IMG/VR virus record: IMGVR_UViG_3300021365_002389
Span: 62,001 to 124,740 of that record
Source of the DNA: an uncultured virus (IMG/VR IMGVR_UViG_3300021365_002389)
Lineage: Duplodnaviria > Heunggongvirae > Uroviricota > Caudoviricetes
Length of the DNA: 62,740 bases
Reading direction: 5' to 3' (one strand)
Position numbers and translations under genes: made by a program. The notes beneath the pieces were generated by a model. It did no database searches. It worked only from the letters and a program-made list of their open reading frames with translations, and was not told the DNA's origin. This document shows, in pieces, positions 28,525 to 36,724 of the stretch (position 1 is the first letter of the stretch; every line of letters begins with the position of its first letter).

Positions 28525-29342
28525 TTTTTAGACACATCCAGAATACGAATAGGAGTAACTATAAACTCGTTCCAAAGACTCGTCTTTAGTTCACCGTTAC
28601 AATCATTAACTAGGTCTGTACATAAATTATCTTTGTCTCCAGGATAACCCATTCGGTGAAGATTAACACATTTCCTGCCATTACTAACTGAGTATGATTT
28701 GACATCACTTCGGAATCCTGCCCTTACATTCCCTTCGAACTCCATTATCATATTAGACTTAGCTCGGAAGAAGTCACGCTTGGCCACAGTGTAGGCGGAA
28801 ATATCAAAAGGGTCTCCGCCCTCAATAGCTCTCTTTATTCTCTCTATACCTTCTGGGTGAGTATAATGGTATAATACTTTTGGATTATTTGTTGAGCCAT
28901 AGACCTGCTCAGTAAACGCATCGTCTACCAAAACGTAAGGCTCTAAATCGCCACGAGAATAAAAGTAAGCAAACTTTAAATTATCTATGTCAGTGAAGTA
29001 TTGACTAAACTCATTTTCTAGTGACCAGTATCTGTGATTTACAAAATCCTCGATGTGGTCCATAACATTCTTGGAAGTTAAAAGATCATACCTGTCCACA
29101 TCAACAGTTAATTGGAAACCATAAAAATCTTTTATTAAAGATGTTAGTTCGTCCGGACCAACCAATTCGCCGTGACCATGACTAACATAGTACCCATCTT
29201 TTTGATACTGTAGAATCTTATCTACAAATACTCTCCACTCAGATAAGGTATGGAATGATTTCTCTGGCTTAATATAGCCATGGACATAAATCTTCTTGAC
29301 TTCTTCGTTTATAAAATTATACCATTGCCTAGCTTGGTGCAT
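28521..29342 (-). CDS. Putative ADP-ribosyltransferase-fold protein
   Basis: QWYNFINE leader; LYHYT...ISAYT...WNEFIV. Confidence 0.45.
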   Translation of the reverse strand: MHQARQWYNFINEEVKKIYVHGYIKPEKSFHTLSEWRVFVDKILQYQKDGYYVSHGHGELVGPDELTSLIKDFYGFQLTVDVDRYDLLTSKNVMDHIEDFVNHRYWSLENEFSQYFTDIDNLKFAYFYSRGDLEPYVLVDDAFTEQVYGSTNNPKVLYHYTHPEGIERIKRAIEGGDPFDISAYTVAKRDFFRAKSNMIMEFEGNVRAGFRSDVKSYSVSNGRKCVNLHRMGYPGDKDNLCTDLVNDCNGELKTSLWNEFIVTPIRILDVSKK

Positions 29343-29343
29343 T

Positions 29344-29559
29344 TTATTCTCCAGATGTTGGAGGTGCGGATTTCATGTTTTTTGACTTTGCTTTTTCATC
29401 AAACGGAGGTGTATTTTTATTCCCACCAGATCCTGCTAGCTTTATCATTTTAGAATATGATTTTCTAGCACGAGATTGAAATACGCCATCAGCAAGTGTT
29501 TCCTGGATTACGTCCCGAACTAAATTTCTAAGTTCCTCTATTTTCATTTTGCGGGACAT
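29344..29559 (-). CDS. Small leader-bearing basic protein
   Basis: EELRNLVRDVIQETL; start may be the second Met. Confidence 0.6.
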   Translation of the reverse strand: MSRKMKIEELRNLVRDVIQETLADGVFQSRARKSYSKMIKLAGSGGNKNTPPFDEKAKSKNMKSAPPTSGE

Positions 29560-29698
29560 CCTTAATAATTTTCATAATTTGTTTTGTCAACTTCTTAGAT
29601 CTCTCAGCTTCTATGAGACCTTTTTTAATTGTCTTCCAAAAACCAGTTTTAGTAATCATATTGAAACCTCCGTTGTAACACTAAGTAGTTTAGTATTT

Positions 29699-30100
29699 TT
29701 ATTGGCCACCCTCAAAAAGAGCTTTTATAGGATGGATGGCTAGAATCTTATCACCCTTGGTATAGTATCCAATGCTCTCGACCAAATATTGCCCCGCACT
29801 TAGAGACGGAGAAAAATGAACTTTTACCTCGTAAGACGTGAAAGTGGACAAGCGGACATCGGACAAGACCTGCAAAGTTTGCAGACCGCCAGCCCGCTCT
29901 CTAAGTGTGTTGTAATCCAAGTCAAGAGCGGTGAAATGATTCAGCCCGCTCGTCGCCGAAATTTTTGCTTGGTTGATGCGCCGAATGTTGCCGGCGATCA
30001 TAGTTTCCATATTCGTGGTAGAAAATAATAACATTGCACTCATGCCAATGAATGCACTCATCATCAAAACTAAGATAAGAGTCATACCCCTACGGTTCAA
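29699..30100 (-). CDS. PilX-like minor pilin (prepilin-type N-terminus)
   Basis: MNRRG|MTLILVL hydrophobic helix, then E..IAGN.R....A...A.SG; C-terminal YLVESIG. Confidence 0.7.
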   Translation of the reverse strand: MNRRGMTLILVLMMSAFIGMSAMLLFSTTNMETMIAGNIRRINQAKISATSGLNHFTALDLDYNTLRERAGGLQTLQVLSDVRLSTFTSYEVKVHFSPSLSAGQYLVESIGYYTKGDKILAIHPIKALFEGGQ

Positions 30101-30437
30101 TGTTGATCATCCTATCACGTTGTGGTAGAGGAGCCGGCGCTTGCGCTCGCCTAAAATTTTCTCGTAGCATCAAATTATCTTCGACCCATGCTGCTGTCCT
30201 AGCCTTGCAGATGTTCCATGGAATTCTCATGGTAGCACATTCTTGTTCTTTTGCTTTGACAACCTCGCAATAACAGCGTACCCGGTTTTTTAATTCCAAT
30301 TCCGGAGATAGGGTTACCCCTGCCGGCAAGATTTCATTAGTACCAGGCACCCATTTAGGGCAAGATATATTTTCTAGTTGGTACGCTTGATTAAACAAAT
30401 TAGCAAATACAAGCAAAAACAATGACTTATAGATCAT
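30090..30437 (-). CDS. Secreted Cys-containing hypothetical protein
   Basis: Start reassigned to MIYKSLFLL; signal-like N-terminus. Confidence 0.55.
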   Translation of the reverse strand: MIYKSLFLLVFANLFNQAYQLENISCPKWVPGTNEILPAGVTLSPELELKNRVRCYCEVVKAKEQECATMRIPWNICKARTAAWVEDNLMLRENFRRAQAPAPLPQRDRMINIEP

Positions 30438-30582
30438 GGTCGTTTTCCTCCAAATTTTTTTCTTTAATGTCAAAGAAGGCAGCCGCCACAATAAAGGCAG
30501 AAGCGACCCCGATCATAAGCCATCCTAAGATAAGAGCAGCTATAACCATTATAAAACTCCGAAATTTTTTCTAGAAATTTTT

Positions 30583-30813
30583 TTACTGTCCGGCGCTTTG
30601 AACCAAATCAAATTGATCACAACTCCACAAGTGTGCTTCGCCGTCACTACCGCAGACAAGGCCATAAAAGAACCGTTTACTGCCTACAATATTATCCGTA
30701 ACCAATACAAGGCTGCCAGGCGCTATCATGGCTCGGAAGGTTTGAGACCTTTGTAACCACCATGAATCGTCCTTGACCTTAACAAGGTCGCCGGCTTTAA
30801 AACCCGTTTTCAT
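30583..30813 (-). CDS. GDLV-type SH3/KOW-like mini-protein
   Basis: FKAGDLVKV. Confidence 0.65.
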   Translation of the reverse strand: MKTGFKAGDLVKVKDDSWWLQRSQTFRAMIAPGSLVLVTDNIVGSKRFFYGLVCGSDGEAHLWSCDQFDLVQSAGQ

Positions 30814-30997
30814 TTAACCAATCCTTATATGGCTGGCAGTGGCTGGCAAAAGTATATAATCTTTCCGTGGGGAATACTACATCAAGTACGATCATATCCT
30901 GAAAGCCTTTCTCTGCGCCCATCACTACACCAAAGTTAATTCCGCCCGTGCGATCGACCCGCTGGTACTCAACGATGAAGTCACCCTTCTGAAACAT
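30797..30997 (-). CDS. GDLV-type SH3/KOW-like mini-protein
   Basis: FQKGDFIV...FGVV. Confidence 0.6.
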   Translation of the reverse strand: MFQKGDFIVEYQRVDRTGGINFGVVMGAEKGFQDMIVLDVVFPTERLYTFASHCQPYKDWLNENGF

Positions 30998-31166
30998 TAT
31001 GTAATTTATCCAACTTATTATACAACTTGTTGAGCTTTTTGTTTACCCGTGCTGAATATGCTGAATCCCCTTGCCTACCTGCATACTCCAAGTCTACAGA
31101 AAGGTGTAACACTTGTTCCCGCAATCTGTCTTCCTTAGTCTTCTTCTTAGTTGATGTTGAAATCAT
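30981..31166 (-). CDS. Hypothetical protein
   Basis: 61 aa ORF in an overlapping gene chain. Confidence 0.55.
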   Translation of the reverse strand: MISTSTKKKTKEDRLREQVLHLSVDLEYAGRQGDSAYSARVNKKLNKLYNKLDKLHNVSEG

Positions 31167-31347
31167 TTACATCGCCCTTTCGTTTCATAGAAATTAGTTT
31201 AATGCAGTCTTCCGGTACCCAGTATATTCTGTTCTCACAAATGACTTTATGGATGCCGTAATAACCACGCTCCGCAAAGATGCCTATACGTTCTATTTGT
31301 CCTCCTACTCTTCCGTAGGTGAACTGCACTAGATCTCCGATTTTCAT
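31147..31347 (-). CDS. GDLV-type SH3/KOW-like mini-protein
   Basis: MKIGDLVQF...IGIF. Confidence 0.65.
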   Translation of the reverse strand: MKIGDLVQFTYGRVGGQIERIGIFAERGYYGIHKVICENRIYWVPEDCIKLISMKRKGDVNDFNIN

Positions 31348-31348
31348 A

Positions 31349-31558
31349 TTATTTTCTTTCTGCCTTTGACAATAGTGATAATTCTTTGTTTGTTAGTATT
31401 TCCTGCCTGCCGTCTGAGAACTGTATCTTAAAGTAGTAACCGCCGTCAAGGTCTATAGGATCCTGGCCCATATGCTTGATCACTATGGCTAGTTCACCAC
31501 GATAACTGCTCAATGCGCAAATATCGTTGACTATTACTAGGTCGCCAATGCTAAGCAC
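31349..31558 (-). CDS. GDLV-type SH3/KOW-like mini-protein
   Basis: LSIGDLVIV...LAIVI...FKIQF. Confidence 0.65.
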   Translation of the reverse strand: MLSIGDLVIVNDICALSSYRGELAIVIKHMGQDPIDLDGGYYFKIQFSDGRQEILTNKELSLLSKAERK

Positions 31559-31818
31559 TAGTGAGTAGTGAGGTCTCCAAACTGCTCTTCTTCCATTTCA
31601 AACCCTGACTGCATCATAGTCTCAAGGGCAACTGCTGCCGAGGTTAGTCTGCCGCACTCCTCCTTTGAAAGACTTGAATCTTCCGCTAGCAGCACTGAGT
31701 AGAAATCTGACATTGTTAGCCCTGGATCATTACCACACATCTGTAGAAAAGCTGCTGCTTTAAACAAGATGTCGTTTTCTGCGTCGATCTCTGGTATGTT
31801 GGTTTTAAAGTTAATCAT
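31558..31818 (-). CDS. Hypothetical protein
   Basis: Start reassigned to MINFKT behind an AAGGAG RBS. Confidence 0.6.
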   Translation of the reverse strand: MINFKTNIPEIDAENDILFKAAAFLQMCGNDPGLTMSDFYSVLLAEDSSLSKEECGRLTSAAVALETMMQSGFEMEEEQFGDLTTH

Positions 31819-32038
31819 ATTTAGCTCCTTTATTTTCCCATTTGATTTTATAAAGCTCATGTTGCCAATACCATTTTGCACTTTGTTCCTGTCCAAATCG
31901 AACTTGGTACTGATTAACTGAGATAGCTAGATCTGTTCCGTGTTCTTTAATAACTAGGCCTAGTGCTGATTCATTCGGCTGGTTATTCCTTATTCCCCCT
32001 TTATATTTCCGAAACACAATATCTCCCACTTTAATCAT
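31811..32038 (-). CDS. GDLV-type SH3/KOW-like mini-protein
   Basis: MIKVGDIVFR...LGLVI...YQVRF. Confidence 0.65.
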   Translation of the reverse strand: MIKVGDIVFRKYKGGIRNNQPNESALGLVIKEHGTDLAISVNQYQVRFGQEQSAKWYWQHELYKIKWENKGAKYD

Positions 32039-32182
32039 TCTATTATTCCTCAAAAGTCAAAATCTGGAAAAATTATCTATCCGTTGAAAATGTGCTTAGC
32101 ACAGCATATACCCCCAGTCAACCCCCTGGGACTAACATTAGGGGTAGTAGGCAGGCAGGGCTGGCACCCCACCCCACTGCTG

Positions 32183-32383
32183 TCACCCTCTAATCAAACC
32201 TGCTTCCAGAAGCTGAAAAGCTAATCTACCGTAGTGACCTTGAAGATTCCACACCATACCGCTGTCATACAGTTCTTGGAATAGCTGGATGGTCTGCTCT
32301 TGATCTAGCTCCCCGCTTTCATAAGCTACAATTCTATCTGCTATCTCTTTTAGTTCTTTCATTCTTTTTATTTCTTCCCGCAA
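32183..32383 (-). CDS. Small phage hypothetical protein
   Basis: YESGEL...LFQEL.DSG..WNLQGHYGR motif. Confidence 0.7.
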   Translation of the reverse strand: MREEIKRMKELKEIADRIVAYESGELDQEQTIQLFQELYDSGMVWNLQGHYGRLAFQLLEAGLIRG

Positions 32384-32389
32384 AATGCG

Positions 32390-33601
32390 TTAGTCAATTG
32401 CGATAACTTTCTCATTGGTTTTGAAGTAGGGATTGCTGGCACCCCGCTGATCCGTCATCCACATCCGTTGAGCTTTGCAAGCCTTGGGCTTGGGAGCTTC
32501 CATGTCCGTCAGAATAATGACACCATCAAAGTCCCCACGCTTGTTAACATAGTCGGTAGGAGCATTGAAGCAGGTACCGCCGCAGGAAACACGCTCAGGG
32601 TTTTGGCTCTTGCCCTTCTTCCAAACGTAGACCTTATCCTCTGGCACCTCAGTGTCGAAGGGGATCACCGTGAACTCTGCCAGCTTGGCTAGCCCGTTGA
32701 GTTCTCCGAAGAAGGCTGACAGCATCTCATCGCAGACAGAGCCGGACTGGTCGATAGCGATGGCAATCTTTGCTTGCCTCAGTACCTTCTTGCCGGGATG
32801 AATGTAGGCATACCGCTTGTTGATCCGCTTGACACTGGACCGGCGGCTGGCACGCTGGCTGGTTTTGATGAAGTACCTGAGTACCTTACGCCAGTCTACC
32901 TTACTCTCTAGTCTTTTTAGAATATCTTTTTTAATCTCCGCCGACATCGTGCCCCAGCCTTTGGCAGACTGGCTAGCTTCTTGGGCAGCATCTTTCATGG
33001 CTTGCTTGAGTCGCTCCTTAGCCATCTGATTAGCTGCTTGCTGCTCAGGGCTTTGGCTGGCATCATCCCAACCGGAGTGGTCATCAAAGCTGCCAGGCTC
33101 TCCGCCCTCACCTTGACCAGGCTGACCCTCGCCATCACCACTCTCGCTGTCACCATCCTCAGAGTCCTCACCCTCTTCACGCTCTGGGAAGTTAGCCAAG
33201 TACCACTCGGCGCTCATGCCCAGCGGAAGCTCTTCGAAGTTAGGACCACCAGGCATACAGGCCATGTCCGGCAACTCGCCGACCAAGTGGCTGTTGATAG
33301 CCAGGTCAGCACAGATGTTCCAGACCTTGTGGTTAACGCCCTCAGGCTTCCGGCTGGTCACATGCTCAAAGATCAAGTGGTAGAACTCATGCTTGAGCAC
33401 ACCACGCACATGCTCTTCAGGCAGGCTGGCAAAGAAGTCAGGGTTGTAAATCATTTCGAACTGGGCACTCTCGGGATCTACCCGAACACCAGCAGTAGGA
33501 ATATTATAATCAGCACGCTTCTCAATCTTGCGGCTTAGTGCAGCAAAGAACGGCTCATCCATGAGCAGTCTATAAGCGTGCAGTTTTAAGTCAAAGCTCA
33601 T
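32390..33601 (-). CDS. Metallopeptidase-vWA fusion (DUF2201-like)
   Basis: TAGV, HEFYH, WNICADLAIN, acidic linker, IDQSGS, GGT.F, LTD. Confidence 0.88.
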   Translation of the reverse strand: MSFDLKLHAYRLLMDEPFFAALSRKIEKRADYNIPTAGVRVDPESAQFEMIYNPDFFASLPEEHVRGVLKHEFYHLIFEHVTSRKPEGVNHKVWNICADLAINSHLVGELPDMACMPGGPNFEELPLGMSAEWYLANFPEREEGEDSEDGDSESGDGEGQPGQGEGGEPGSFDDHSGWDDASQSPEQQAANQMAKERLKQAMKDAAQEASQSAKGWGTMSAEIKKDILKRLESKVDWRKVLRYFIKTSQRASRRSSVKRINKRYAYIHPGKKVLRQAKIAIAIDQSGSVCDEMLSAFFGELNGLAKLAEFTVIPFDTEVPEDKVYVWKKGKSQNPERVSCGGTCFNAPTDYVNKRGDFDGVIILTDMEAPKPKACKAQRMWMTDQRGASNPYFKTNEKVIAID

Positions 33602-33603
33602 TA

Positions 33604-33658
33604 CTGTCTCTCTCCCTCATTCATATACTACCATGGATACACTACCTGTCAAGTTTTT
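33604..33658 (-). promoter_or_regulatory. Early-type promoter + RBS (copy 4)
   Basis: AAAAAC-TTGACA-16-TAGTAT, extended TG, RBS GAGGGAGAGAGA. Confidence 0.8.
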
Positions 33659-33670
33659 ATTTGTTCCCCA

Positions 33671-33696
33671 AAAACAAAACCCAGCACTTGGCTGGG
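33671..33696 (-). terminator. Intrinsic terminator after the AAA gene
   Basis: CCCAGC-CAAGT-GCTGGG-TTTTGTTTT on the minus strand. Confidence 0.65.
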
Positions 33697-33728
33697 CTTG
33701 TCACCTGAGAGCAGGGTTGAGAGAGAGA

Positions 33729-34769
33729 TTAGGCTCCCAGGATTTTGGAGAGGTGGCTACCGACAGCACCTTCGTTGGCACCGTGGAACTTGACCACGTT
33801 TTCTTGGACACCAGCTTGGCTGATTACCGACCAGAGCTTCATGGCTGCTTCGCTGGGAAGCGTCACGAAGTAGTTGGCAAGGTTCTCGACATGCTCATCG
33901 CTGAACTCAGCTTTGCAGATCTCTTCTGCCTCGACCTTTTCGATCATAGCGCAGTGCTCGTTGAGGGAGAAGGCAGCCAGAGCTTCAACTCGGTCACCGT
34001 TGAGGAGTTGCTCAACCGTCACAACCCGCTCGTAGTTCTTGGCGTAGTCGTTGAGAGCCACAGCAGCTTCGAAGCCGACGAAGCTTTGAGCCAGGTTGAA
34101 CATTACTGGACCAGCTTCAAGAGCATCTGCCTGCTTGAGAACTTTGTCAAGCCGGTCCCAGCTACGACGGCTGGGGTAGCGTTTGTTAGGTTCGATATCC
34201 TCATTGTGTTCGAGGTGACCACGGTTCTGGTTGATGAAGTCCCAGACGAGGCCATCAACATTGTTCTTAGCCCAGGCTAACCAATCTTCAACCGTCGGTT
34301 CGATGTCCCAGACTGACCAGCGGTCAAGTTCCGCAGGATCCATCTCATTGACTTGGTAGTTCTCACCGTGCTCACCGCCGTTGACGGCAGCGAAGATGAT
34401 CGTGTCAGGATGAAGGTTGTGACCGTTGAGTTTCCGACTGTCCGTCAACTCGAAGATTCCTTGTCGAACTTCAAGGGTAGCTCGGTCAACCTCATCAAGG
34501 AAAAGGCAGACAGGCTCTTCACAAGCCTGCTTGAACCAATCAGGTGGGTTGAAGCTGGTGCGATTGCCTTCAACGCTAGGCAGCCCAACCAAGTCACCCT
34601 CGGTCATCTGGCTGGCACGACGCTCAACTACAGGCAAGCCGGCATTAGCAGCAAGCTGATAAACAACTTGGCTCTTGCCGATACCGTGGCGACCACGGAG
34701 AAGTACTGGAAGTTTGGCTGCACTCACTGAAGGTGCTAAGCTCACGAAGGTTTTGAAGTCTACGGACAT
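33729..34769 (-). CDS. MoxR-like AAA+ ATPase
   Basis: GRHGIGKS, DLVGLP, LFLDEVDRA, AAVN, MDPAELDR, PSRRSW. Confidence 0.9.
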   Translation of the reverse strand: MSVDFKTFVSLAPSVSAAKLPVLLRGRHGIGKSQVVYQLAANAGLPVVERRASQMTEGDLVGLPSVEGNRTSFNPPDWFKQACEEPVCLFLDEVDRATLEVRQGIFELTDSRKLNGHNLHPDTIIFAAVNGGEHGENYQVNEMDPAELDRWSVWDIEPTVEDWLAWAKNNVDGLVWDFINQNRGHLEHNEDIEPNKRYPSRRSWDRLDKVLKQADALEAGPVMFNLAQSFVGFEAAVALNDYAKNYERVVTVEQLLNGDRVEALAAFSLNEHCAMIEKVEAEEICKAEFSDEHVENLANYFVTLPSEAAMKLWSVISQAGVQENVVKFHGANEGAVGSHLSKILGA

Positions 34770-34774
34770 TTGGT

Positions 34775-34827
34775 GTCTCCCTCTCTCAACTGTATATTAC
34801 CATGGATAGCATATGTGTCAAGTTTTT
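34775..34827 (-). promoter_or_regulatory. Early-type promoter + RBS (copy 5)
   Basis: AAAAAC-TTGACA-16-TAATAT, extended TG, RBS GAGAGAGGGAGA. Confidence 0.8.
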
Positions 34828-35150
34828 AATGTGCTTTTCCTGCATTTTCTTTTCTCTTGACGCTGACGCATTACTCATGTACTAGGCCCATTGAGACAAT
34901 GGCTGTCAAATGCCGACAATCGCTGACAATATATTAAACTGTTGATAACACTGGATAACAAGCAGTCATCCGCTGTACAAAACAATAAAAACAAATACTT
35001 AACAATTGTGCAACTTTTGCAGTCAATTGTGCATAATTTGTCAACAAAGCTGTAAACGGTTGATTAATTCAGGTAAGCTAGACCAAAAGCAGACAGAACA
35101 AGCCCGCTGGCTACTACCAATACAACTACAAACTCTCTTACTGAATACAT

Positions 35151-35288
35151 CTATAAACCTTCCTCATCATCCATACGTTCAAGTGCATCTAACACCCAGT
35201 CAAAGAACTTCCATAACATTCTATGCAATACTATACCAGCAGCGAATGATACGATCATGGTTGCTACTACCTTTAGTATGTATAACAT
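35151..35288 (-). CDS. Small membrane protein (not in ORF track)
   Basis: MLYILKVVATMIVSFAAGIVLHRMLWKFFDWVLDALERMDDEEGL*; starts 2 nt after the upstream stop. Confidence 0.5.
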   Translation of the reverse strand: MLYILKVVATMIVSFAAGIVLHRMLWKFFDWVLDALERMDDEEGL

Positions 35289-35290
35289 TT

Positions 35291-35998
35291 TTATTGTGTG
35301 CCTTTGATCTGGGCAATTCCAATTTGGGAATCAAGTGTGATGGGTGATTGACCCTTGAACTTGAGGCGAGCTTGTGCTCGCAACAGTCCGCTTACACGTC
35401 GATCACCAGCAGCGTTCAAAGTTGATCCGCTACGGCCTGCTCTCAGTTCAATATCAATTTCTCCCTCAAGCTTTGGTATGTTTAGACCAGCAGGATTATC
35501 CTCCAAATAGAACAGCCCGGCTCCACCAATTTGAACATAGTGAATGCCCTTTTGCTTGTAATGGTTTGCGATGAATGATGTGTTCTTTCTTACCTTAGTG
35601 TTGATTGGCTTTAGTAGTCCTTTTTCTTTTGCTACCGTCCAAGTGTGCTTGTCACATGTGGTAGGAAATTTGTCGCCGCCAATGGCAGCCAAGAGTCTTT
35701 CAATTGGTCCTCGCTTGCTAGAAAGGGCAGCGATAATTAATGCGGCAGTGCTCTTATCAACTGCTTCGCTTACGATCTCAAACTCGCCGTCACTGTACCT
35801 GACGGAAGTACCACCCATTTGTGCCTCAAGATCACTTTTCACTTCAAGCAAATACTTCTTTCCGTCCACAATAAAGTCAGCGTCGGCAGCGGCGGCAGAT
35901 GCTCCTGCTCCCTGTTGGATGTCTCCAGCTACGCCAGCCTTCTTTAACGATTCAATGACCACATTCTCGTAGTCAAAGCCTTGTTGGTTAACACTCAT
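35291..35998 (-). CDS. Putative PD-(D/E)XK endonuclease
   Basis: GFDYE...ADADF...LEVK; start reassigned to MSVNQQ. Confidence 0.55.
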   Translation of the reverse strand: MSVNQQGFDYENVVIESLKKAGVAGDIQQGAGASAAAADADFIVDGKKYLLEVKSDLEAQMGGTSVRYSDGEFEIVSEAVDKSTAALIIAALSSKRGPIERLLAAIGGDKFPTTCDKHTWTVAKEKGLLKPINTKVRKNTSFIANHYKQKGIHYVQIGGAGLFYLEDNPAGLNIPKLEGEIDIELRAGRSGSTLNAAGDRRVSGLLRAQARLKFKGQSPITLDSQIGIAQIKGTQ

Positions 35999-35999
35999 T

Positions 36000-36437
36000 T
36001 TAAAACTCCTCGCAATGAATCTCAGCAGGATCACACTGAGGAGGATGCCACCGTCCGCTTGGATCGTCCTTTGTATAAATATAAGAACGAACCTTATAAT
36101 AATCTTGTCTGTCTCCGGCAGCTAACAAATCTTCATCGCTGTCTACACCAAACACAAACTTACAAACATTAACAGCATCTCTAGCCCCCTTGCGTACTCC
36201 ATTTCCAACTTCTTTTTTGTTTTCACTGTTCGCCAGAAACAAGGCCACTTTACAATAGCGAGTAAATTGTGCCATCTGCTTTTGGTGAAGGCTTACACGT
36301 TCACAACATTTGCGAACATCCTCTGTTGATTTCTTATAGAACTTCATAGAGCATCCAGATGCAAACATCAATATTAATAAAATAGATGCGGCGATGCCTA
36401 GCATAGTAATAATATCAATTAGATTAAACTTCTTCAT
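36000..36437 (-). CDS. Putative lipoprotein
   Basis: Hydrophobic leader ending FASGC. Confidence 0.6.
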   Translation of the reverse strand: MKKFNLIDIITMLGIAASILLILMFASGCSMKFYKKSTEDVRKCCERVSLHQKQMAQFTRYCKVALFLANSENKKEVGNGVRKGARDAVNVCKFVFGVDSDEDLLAAGDRQDYYKVRSYIYTKDDPSGRWHPPQCDPAEIHCEEF

Positions 36438-36724
36438 TTTCTTTTCCTTGGTCCTGAACTGGGGATCCCAGCAGCGTCTAATAACATATCCATCACTGGA
36501 TCTGGTTGGGTTTTAATAGTATTCTTTTTACATTTTTCCCGAGTGTATTTTACCTTGGGAACCCACTCCATATAATACATGACGGAGCGTAAAACCCTTG
36601 GGTCTTGTCTCCGCAAAAGTTGTACGATTTGGTGTGCTCGTTGGCGAACCTGGGTGTTGTTCAGGTTTGCCCTTGCGCCGTAACTAGGGGCTGCTAACCA
36701 TCCCGCTAAAAGTAAACTAATCAT
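36434..36724 (-). CDS. Putative secreted protein
   Basis: Likely start MISLLLAGWLAA, signal-like. Confidence 0.5.
   Translation of the reverse strand: MISLLLAGWLAAPSYGARANLNNTQVRQRAHQIVQLLRRQDPRVLRSVMYYMEWVPKVKYTREKCKKNTIKTQPDPVMDMLLDAAGIPSSGPRKRK

Noticed and set aside
35291..35998. Homing endonuclease, intron or IS element
   Set aside because: No HNH, GIY-YIG or LAGLIDADG motif, no interrupted host gene and no terminal repeats were seen.
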